Source: Elsinoe ampelina (Eukaryota). Taken from it: a stretch of DNA of 64,000 nucleotides. The position numbers and the translations under genes are program-made. Within the stretch, counting starts at the first letter, position 1. Every line of letters starts with the position of its first letter. Location of the stretch: positions 398,084 through 462,083 of the forward strand of contig ML992514.1 of the NCBI GenBank assembly GCA_010093995.1, read 5' to 3'. Positions 55,517 through 64,000 of the stretch are shown here, one piece after another. Below the pieces are notes generated by a model. The model saw only the letters and a list, made by a program, of their open reading frames with translations. It was not told the origin of the DNA and searched no databases.

Positions 55517-56044
55517 TGACCACTTGTCATTAGGGTCGGAAGCATATAGCGTGGATATACTCTCCTTCACCGGATCAAGGTTTTTTATGCGGCATGTCTC
55601 TGGATGATGAAGATGAGTGAGACAAGACTTGAAACAATCATGGCTGATTGGAAATACGTCGCAATAGTAAGCATTGCATGGTGGTGAGATTCTTCGCGTG
55701 GCTTGATCGTGTTGCTATTTGTGCACCCATGGCATATCTCCATACAGCAAATTGACGAGATGGCGTTCGCTTGTCAAACCAATCGCTGTCATGTTCAGGC
55801 GGATAAGCATTTGCCGGCGGAGAAGTGATGTTGGCGGAGGGAAAAAGCCCTTGCCAGATGCGGTCAGAAAGGAACCCTTGGACAGCTGGCCTTCTCGCGC
55901 GGATCAAGGGTCCACCTCGGAGCAAGCGGCTTGTAAATCACCTCCAGCCCCAGAGCTGTTCATTTACTACAAGAGGACACATCCCAACTCACAAATCCTT
56001 CATCCTCTCACTCGTCCCCCTTCATACCATATTAGAAAATCATA

Positions 56045-57860
56045 ATGCGTAGCTTTGCGACCCTCGGCTTCTTGGGCGCTGCAGCTCTGGCAGCTGCCAG
56101 CGATGTCCACGACTTGAAGACTGATACCTTCAAGCCATTCGTCGAGAAGCATGATCTCGTGCTCGCAGAGTGTGCGTCCCACTCAGGCTACCTGCAGCTC
56201 CCTTGCTAATAGCTCCAGTCTTCGCTCCGTGGTGCGGTCATTGCAAGGCTCTGGCCCCAGAGTACGAGGAGGCTGCCACTACCTTGAAGGAGAAGGACAT
56301 TGCCCTCGTAAAGGTCGACTGCACAGAGGAGACACAGCTTTGCCAGGACCAAGGTGTTGAGGGTTACCCGACTCTCAAGGTCTTCCGCAAGGGTTCATAT
56401 GATGCCCCTTCCACCTACCCTGGCCAGCGAAAGGCTGATGCGTGAGTGGAGACACAATTGTAAGACTAATCACAAATCCTGACTATCTGCAGCATTGTCT
56501 CCTACATGACCAAGCAATCCCTCCCAGCCGTCTCCGCGGTCGACTCCAAGACCATCGAGGACTTCAAGACCCAAGACAAAGTTGTCGTGGTCGCCTACTT
56601 TGCCGCGGATGACAAGACCTCCAACACCACCTTCACTGCCATCGCCGACTCGCTCCGCGACAGCCACCTCTTTGGCGCGACCAATGACGCCGCACTCGCT
56701 GAGAAGGAGGGTGTCAAGCAGCCGGCCGTCGTTTTGTACAAGAGCTTCGATGAGGGGAAGAACACTTTCTCCGAGAAGTTTGACTCTGAGGCCATCACCA
56801 GCTTCATCAAGACTTCTGCCACTCCTCTCATTGGCGAGGTTGGCCCAGAAACTTACGCTGGCTACATGAGCGTAAGTCTTGCAATGTGTTATTACATATC
56901 CAATAGCTGACATAGCCAGGCCGGTCTTCCCCTCGCTTACATCTTCGCCGAGGAGCAATCCGAGCGTGACGATCTCGCCAAGGAGCTCAAGCCCGTGGCT
57001 GAGAAGTTCAAGGGCAAGGTCTCCTTCGCTACCATTGATGCAAAGGCTTTCGGCCAGCACGGAGGCAACCTCAACCTTGAAGTCGGCAAGTGGCCCGCCT
57101 TCGCCATCCAGGAGATCAACAAGAACCAAAAGTTCCCCTACTCCCAGGACGAGAAGATCACCGCAAAGAGCATTGAGAAGTTCGTGAACGACTTTGTCAC
57201 CGGCAAGATCGAGCCATCCATTAAGAGCGAGCCCATCCCCGAGTCCAACGACGGCCCCGTCACTGTCGTCGTCGCCAAGAACTACGAGCAAATCGTCAAG
57301 GATGACAAGAAGGATGTCCTCATCGAATTCTATGCGCCTTGGTGCGGACACTGCAAGGCGTACGTTACTCTCAACCTCATATGCCGTTCCCTTCACTAAC
57401 ACCTCCCAGCCTCGCCCCCAAGTACGAAGAGCTCGGAGCTCTCTACTCCTCCTTCAAGGACAAGGTCGTCGTCTCCAAAGTTGATGCCACCGCCAACGAC
57501 GTACCCGACGAGGTTCAAGGCTTCCCCACCATCAAGCTCTACCCCGCCGGCAAGAAAGACTCTCCCGTCGAGTACTCCGGCTCGCGCACCATTGAGGATC
57601 TCGCCATTTTCATCCGCGACAACGGCAGCCACAAGGTCGACGTGGTGGCTAACGTCAAGAAGGAGAAGACTGAGGATGATGATGAGGATGAGGTTGCCAA
57701 GGCGACGGGTGATATGCCCCAGCAGGCTATGGCTGCGTCCGAGACGGAGAAGGGGACTGCTGAGAAGGTCACGGATAAGGTCAAGGAGGCCGTTGAGGCC
57801 GTGGTGACGAATCTGAACGATGATGAGGGTGGTGAGGCGGATGTGCACGATGAGTTGTAG
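56045..57860 (+). CDS. PDI1: Protein disulfide isomerase
   Basis: Signal peptide, two APWCGHCK active sites and a C-terminal HDEL. Four introns. Confidence 0.96.
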
Positions 57861-58260
57861 ATGGTAAGTTGAAGTTGAGCCGAGGCAGCGTGGTCGGAAT
57901 CGGGGTATGGGTGACTGCGCCAGGCCTGTGGAGATGGCTTAGGGAGGATTGCAAAATATTGTTTCTGCACATTGGATAGGGTGTGCCTGTGCGTATAGTA
58001 TCACGTACGTCAGGAAGAATTGGAAATGGTATTTGTCTGATTCATCGTCGCTCTCAATGTCAATGACTGCCTCTCCACTGTCCTCGCGACCTACACTCGC
58101 GACTGATGCTCTCTTCTCATACAGCGAAAGCGTCCAACGATCATCACATTTTCGAAATCCAAAACACCTGAACGCCACGGTGCATCCCTCCCAGTCATAC
58201 ACCTCAAGACCCTCTCCGCCTCTGCTCCCTTCAAGCTCATACTCAATTTGAGTCAAAAGA

Positions 58261-60029
58261 TCAACCACTCTTCCTCTTCTCCTTCTTCTCCTTCTTCCGC
58301 CTCTTCCTCTCCTCCTCATCCTCCCCCTCTCCCTCCGTCACCCTCCTCTTCTTCTTCTCCTTCTTCTCCCTCTTCCGCTCCTCCTCATCTACTTCAGCAG
58401 CCACGTCCTCCGCCCCAGCGACCGCCATGTCTACATCTCCATCCTCGTCTACGGCACTGGACTTGCGCTTCTTGTCCTTCTTTTCTTTCTTGTCTTTCTT
58501 GCTGGGTTTCTCTTTGCGGAGAGCCGCTTCGGTGGCTGCGGCCGTGACGCCGGGGGCGGAGATGGCTTCTTCGGTGGCGTGGGCGGTGGGGTCGTCGGAG
58601 TCGTCGGCTGCGTCGGCTAGGACTGAGTCGAGGGCGGATTTCTGCGGGGAGTTAATATGGCAAGGTGAGGAAAGGGAACGGAGGGGGGCGTACCATTGCG
58701 TCTTGGTTCTTGGTCGGGGCTTTGCCGGTGGCGTAGAATTCGAGCCGCTCTTCTACTTGGTCGCGGAGGGCGAGACCGAATTTCGTGCTGGGTGATTCCG
58801 AGAAGTTGTCGATTCTGCTGGCGATGGAGGTCTTGTTGGCGAGGAAGCGGGATATCCGGCCCTTGTTCTTTTGGCCAGCCCGTCCTATGAAGCTGCTGTG
58901 GTAGATGATACCGTACTTCGGGGTGTTTCCTTTGGTCTTGAGAGCGCGGAACAGGGCCTTCTCGGCTCCGAGGATCTGGACTGTTGAGGCAGGGTACTTT
59001 GCGAGATTGGTGAGGGAACCGGCTTTTTGGATGAGTCGCGCGCCGACGGTCTCGCCTATGAGAGCCGCGAGGTTGGGTGCGACAATGCCCATCTTGCTGA
59101 CGAGATAGCTGCCAACAGTCTTGCGATATGTGGTAAGGGAGACGACACGTTGTGCAAAGGCCATGACATTGACCATGTCTTCTTCCGAGATGTCTTGACC
59201 CATAGAGACACGAGCGGCGTCGATGATGCTGCGGGCAATGGATTCGTCGTCTTCGACGATTGCTGCAAGATCGTGGAGGGAGTCTTCCGTGAGAGTCTTC
59301 TTGTCCTTGATGAAAAGAGCGAGTTTCGCATATGTGCCATTGTCGGATACAATTTTCACAAGTTCAGGGAAGTGCCAGCCGTACCATTCACGTACTCGCA
59401 TGGCGAATGTGTTGCATGCCTTGTCGAGCTGGTCAATCGTCGCAATTGCCTGGATGATGTGGTTGTCGTTCTTCTGTACCGAGAACTTGACCTTGGCTCT
59501 TGAGTAGGCGTGTCCAAGACCAAGCTGTGCACGTTCAACATCACCATCCTGGAGTTGCTTGAGGAGCTGGGCGCTATGTAACCGGATTCCGCGGAGCAGG
59601 TCTGCTACGATCTCTGAAGTCTCGCCAGTCTCACACTGCAGTCCAGGGAATGTGTCCTTCAATCCTCCAGCCAAGTTTTTGTCAGTCACACCAATTGATA
59701 CTTTGCTCTTCTTTCCGGGCTTTGGTAGAGCTGCTTCGAGCACAGTCCGTAGGAATGGAGAGACCAGACCTTCTGAAATATCGTTCGCATTCTCGAGTGC
59801 TTGAGAGGCACCTGTGAAGGGCGCAAAGGAGACCAGGGAGACCATCTTTCCGAATTTGCTAAGTTCAGTTGACTGCTGCTGAACTTCCTTCAAGCGATTG
59901 CCTATCGAATCCGCCTGCATAGTGACCTTGAAGACCTGTGAGAAGGATTAGATTGTGCAAAAGGTAGCTCCGGAGCGGCCGTACCGCATAGCCCACGGAG
60001 GACTCATGGAGAAGGTAGTCCACCGACAT
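58261..60029 (-). CDS. NOP56: Box C/D snoRNP protein Nop56 (Sik1)
   Basis: MSVDYLLHESSVGYA, LGLGHAYSRAKVKF, MRVREWYGWHFPEL and KYPASTVQILGAEKALFRALKTKGNTPKYG. The KKE/D tail ends in TGA at 58261-58263. Two introns. Confidence 0.95.
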
Positions 60030-60334
60030 GTTTGCGGTAGTGCAAGATCTACAGCAACCGTATGTGGACTCGTGGTGCGCAAAGGTTTCGAGTCCAGTCT
60101 TGCTGCCGAGTGAGGTCAAATTTTGGTGGAGCTAGGATTTTCTCGTTGACCCTAACCCTAGCGCTTTTGGCGGAGCTCGGTGCCAAGGATCCATTTCTGG
60201 CGCGTGGGGACGCGAGCTTCAGAAAAGTTCGGGACCTGCAGAATCACCTAATTGCATAGCTGTTTCTCAACCCGAGGACTTCAGACTGATCGATAAATAC
60301 CAGTCCATCAATTCCTTACTCCAAGCGATCCGAA

Positions 60335-62055
60335 ATGTCAGCTGCACAATTGCTCAACCCAAAGGCGGAGTCCAGAGTAAGCATTTGAAAAGTGATCACT
60401 TTTTGGTCGATGCTAATCAGGCACAGCGACGAGGTGAAGCTCTCAAAGTCAACATATCAGCCGGCGAAGGTCTACAAGATGTGCTCGCCTCGAACCTCGG
60501 CCCTTCCGGCACACTCAAGATGTTGGTCGACGGTGCAGGCGGCATCAAGCTCACAAAGGACGGAAGTGTTCTGCTGAAGGAGATGCAAATACAGAATCCT
60601 ACAGCCGTGATGATCGCGCGAGCAGCGACTGCACAGGATGACATGACTGGCGACGGGACAACATCAGTGGTTCTCATGGTGGGCGAGCTCCTCAAGCAGG
60701 CAGACAGATACATCTCGGAAGGACTCCACCCGCGAGTAATCACGGACGGCTACGAATTTGCGCGAACAGAAGCACTCAAATTCCTGGATTCTTTCAAGCT
60801 AGAGAAGGAGGTGGACAGGGAATTGCTGCTGTCCGTGGCTCGGACATCATTAGCGACGAAGGTGAATGCGAGTTTGGCAGAGCAGCTCACCCCAGATATC
60901 GTCGATGCGGTCCTCACGATCTACAACAAGCCGGAGAAGCCAGATTTGCACATGGTGGAGATCATGACGATGCAGCACCGGACAGCGGCAGATACACAGC
61001 TCATTCGCGGCCTGGCACTGGATCATGGAGCGAGGCATCCAGATATGCCAAAGAGGGTAGAGAACGCCTTCATCCTCACACTCAACGTCTCGCTCGAATA
61101 CGAAAAGTCGGAAATCAACTCAGGCTTCTACTACTCCTCGGCCGACCAGCGTGAGAAGCTCGTTGAGTCAGAGAGACGATTCGTGGATGAGAAGCTGCGA
61201 AAGATTGTGGAGCTCAAGAAGGAGGTCTGTGGCACAGATGGCAAGAAGGGATTCGTGATCGTCAACCAAAAAGGTATCGACCCGCTCTCACTGGACGTAC
61301 TGGCAAAGAACGGCATCTTCGCTCTCCGCCGGGCCAAGCGGAGGAACATGGAGCGACTGCAGCTCATCTGCGGCGGTGTTGCACAGAACAGCGTGGACGA
61401 CTTGACACCGGATATTCTCGGCTGGGCAGGAATAGTATACGAGCACCAACTGGGCGAGGAGAAGTTTACTTTCATCGAAGAAGTACGATCTGCGAAGAGC
61501 GTCACGCTCCTCATAAAAGGCCCCAACGGACACACGATCACCCAAATCAAGGATGCCGTCCGCGACGGTCTCCGCTCAGTATACAACATGATTGTCGACG
61601 GTTCCGTGGTACCCGGAGGTGGCGCCTACCAGATCGCCTGCGCCCAACATCTCAACTCCGAAGCCTTCCGCAAGACTGTGAAGGGGAAATCGAAATGGGG
61701 TGTCACCGCTTTCGCGGATGCGCTTCTCATCATCCCTAAGACACTCGCGGCAAACTCAGGTCATGACATCCAGGACTCGATCGCGGCGCTACAGGATGAG
61801 GCGGCAGAGGGGAATGTGGTTGGGTTGAACCTGACGACAGGAGAGCCCATGGACCCACAATTGGAGGGCGTATACGATAGTTACAGGGTGTTGAGGAGTT
61901 ATGTCAGCAGTGCTACGGGGATTGCGAGTAATCTCTTGCTGTGTGATGAGATGTTGAAAGCGAGGCAGATGGTGAGTGCTGATTCCAAGGCTCGATGAAG
62001 TGATACTGACTGCTTACAGGGGAAGTCTGGGACGCCGGGAATTGATGATCAATAA
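60335..62055 (+). CDS. CCT6: T-complex protein 1 subunit zeta (CCT/TRiC)
   Basis: [49 protein letters not shown] and [12 protein letters not shown]. The terminal exon is 62020-62055. Confidence 0.96.
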
Positions 62056-62266
62056 ACTTTGGTGCGGTGGCGGAGGGGAGAAACATGTGTATGATATGCC
62101 TCAATGCGACAGTCGCCGTAGAGAAATACCCTTGAAAAACCACAGATCTCATGCCGCTTGTGTAGCCGTCCTGCTGTCGCCGAACGTGTTGTTGGCCGTG
62201 GTGTTGGTCCAAATCGAAGGTCACCCGCAGTGACGAGACATTGGAAAACCTGTGACATTTTATCAT

Positions 62267-64000
62267 TCACAGCATGGGGGTATCTACAATCGCAAGTTGG
62301 CGTCGTTGCGATTCCGCCTCGATCAGCTTCGCCATGTCCTCTGCATCTTTCATTATCGCCACATCCAGCGCTGTGTGCCCGTAGTGGTCTGTTTCGTCTA
62401 GGTTCAGGTCTTCTTGACTCAGGAGTAATTGCAAGACAGCGAGAGAGCCGCTGAGCACTGCTCCTATCAAGGGCACGTAGCCTGTTTTCTCGTGTTTGTT
62501 GATGTTGCATCGCCATCTCTCTTCCATGGCTAGAAGGTACTTGACGCAGTCCGTTTCTGCTTTCTGGATGCTGAGGATGAGAGCTTCGTCAGATATGTCA
62601 GGGGCCGCCCATTCTTTGAGATATAATTTATCTTGTCCGTCCCTCTGGAAATGTCTAAGCGCCTTTCCCGCCAGAGCAACGCTATAGTCTGAACTTAGTA
62701 GCGGGGATATGGAAGCAACATCCTTCAAGTGGCGTTCTTGGTATGATAGAGAGGGACAATGCCACTGCGCCTCTTCCCCGCTTCCTCCTAAAAGGAGCAA
62801 GATGACTCTGTTTCTCGTTGCCCGTACTTCGTCGGATTTTCTCGAGTGAGCAAGAGCACGCACCAGCATCGGGCGACGAATGTCCGCTCCTACGGCGCTC
62901 ATCGTTGAGCACAATGCGTGCTCCTCCTCCACAGTAAGGTTTGAACACAGTCCGGGAAGGCTGTCCAATACACGGACACATTCCCACTGCCAATGACCTA
63001 GAGCCCGTTCAAGCATGCTACAACCATATCTGTCGTTGAGGTTCGCATCGATGTCGAATCGATCAAAAACTATTTTGAGGATTATTGCCCGTGTTTTGAG
63101 GTCTTTCCTGAAGCACGCAACAATCCCAAATGGCAGCTCGGCGTCAATCACAACCTGCCTCAGATCTAGGGGCCCGACTGCAAGCACGTCCAAAAGGTCG
63201 ATCAAACATTCTGCAGCACCAATGGTTTTAGATTCAAGTCTCAGCAGATGCGAGACCACCTCGCGATTGTCCAGGTCCTTTATGACCCGGTCATCCCGCA
63301 GCAGCTGCTTGACTGGGCGATGAAACCCCCAGCGTATACAAGTCTCAAGGACATGAATTGCTGACAGTGACCCTTGTGCAAACCACTCCTCAAGCCTCGC
63401 TGAGACGTTTACTACGTGATTTGGGTTGTCATCTTGCAATGCGATTTGCAAGAGCTGAGCTGCGTTCTCTGCAGAAGCGACGCTTTTGTCAAGGATCGAA
63501 CTCCATTCGAAAAGGGGTCGTTTTCGCAGCTCAGTGTAGAGATTGCTCATACCGTCAGATATGATGCGAAGGTCATCCCTGGCCAGTAACTGGTCGACGA
63601 TTTCATGACGTGCGTTTTCGCAGGCCCAAGTCAGAGCATTCATGTTGCCAAACCTGGGAATGTTAATTCTGTCATTCGTGCCGATGTATCCCAGCGCTAG
63701 GAGGTATGACATGGTCTCATGGAGGCCGTGCTTTGCAGCGCCTCTGATGAGTCCGGCGTTGAATGGCCTCTTTTGTGAGGTCGAATCGACCTGCAACACG
63801 GCTTTTGCGATCGCTTCGGCCCATGAACGTCTTCCTTTGAGCTCAACGAGCACAGCGACTAACTTAGCCTTCTCACAGGAGGCTAAAACGCGAATAGTAC
63901 CACTAAATGTGCGATGATGAGCGTAGGATGGACCCAGCTCAAGGATAGTGGCAAGACAATCAGAGTTGCCAGCCTCGATTGCAGCAGCAAATACTTCCGG
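62267..64000 (-). CDS. Divergent ankyrin-repeat protein (5'-truncated by the window edge)
   Basis: The frame stays open from nt 64000. Ankyrin-like motifs NALTWACENARHEIVDQLL, PLIGAVLSGSLAVLQLLL and GHTALDVAIMKDAEDMAKLI. Confidence 0.8.
   Translation of the reverse strand, partial: PEVFAAAIEAGNSDCLATILELGPSYAHHRTFSGTIRVLASCEKAKLVAVLVELKGRRSWAEAIAKAVLQVDSTSQKRPFNAGLIRGAAKHGLHETMSYLLALGYIGTNDRINIPRFGNMNALTWACENARHEIVDQLLARDDLRIISDGMSNLYTELRKRPLFEWSSILDKSVASAENAAQLLQIALQDDNPNHVVNVSARLEEWFAQGSLSAIHVLETCIRWGFHRPVKQLLRDDRVIKDLDNREVVSHLLRLESKTIGAAECLIDLLDVLAVGPLDLRQVVIDAELPFGIVACFRKDLKTRAIILKIVFDRFDIDANLNDRYGCSMLERALGHWQWECVRVLDSLPGLCSNLTVEEEHALCSTMSAVGADIRRPMLVRALAHSRKSDEVRATRNRVILLLLGGSGEEAQWHCPSLSYQERHLKDVASISPLLSSDYSVALAGKALRHFQRDGQDKLYLKEWAAPDISDEALILSIQKAETDCVKYLLAMEERWRCNINKHEKTGYVPLIGAVLSGSLAVLQLLLSQEDLNLDETDHYGHTALDVAIMKDAEDMAKLIEAESQRRQLAIVDTPML

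Noticed and set aside
56470..57402. 310-aa antisense ORF opposite PDI1 (similarly 26125-26940, 34110-34946, 25073-25621, 8424-9050)
   Set aside because: Shadow ORFs caused by biased, C-ending codon usage of the real gene on the other strand.
1..64000. tRNA, rRNA, snRNA genes or CRISPR-like arrays
   Set aside because: No cloverleaf with A/B boxes, no conserved rRNA/snRNA strings and no regularly spaced repeat-spacer units seen by eye. A tRNAscan-SE/Infernal run would be needed to be certain.

Overview
This is intron-containing DNA from a filamentous ascomycete. Gene content and style suggest Eurotiomycetes, possibly a Chaetothyriales 'black yeast' (inference). I can support about 25 protein-coding genes. 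Housekeeping genes occupy both flanks: ERF2, an MLRQ/COXFA4-like gene, YMC1, RBA50, HPC2 and RPN9 on the left; SWI1, MED14, ATG22, PDI1, NOP56 and CCT6 on the right. Each window edge carries a probably truncated ankyrin-repeat gene. The accessory middle (about 20-43 kb) contains two tandem paralogous BC-box-like/LRR-like genes, a GH7 endoglucanase with a non-CBM1 Cys-rich tail and an aquaporin. It also holds a 3.4-kb RIP-inactivated Tc1/mariner transposon (perfect 40-bp TIRs, TA duplication, apparent cargo ORF), a PNP_UDP-domain gene fused to an EH/EF-hand-like module instead of NACHT, and a Cys-rich type I membrane protein. It ends with an SDR/Zn2Cys6/SDR/epoxide-hydrolase mini-cluster whose promoters share a CGG motif. 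A C-rich to G-rich compositional switch recurs near the 3' end of many genes. I found no rRNA, tRNA or CRISPR array. All calls come from reading the sequence by eye; no database searches were run.
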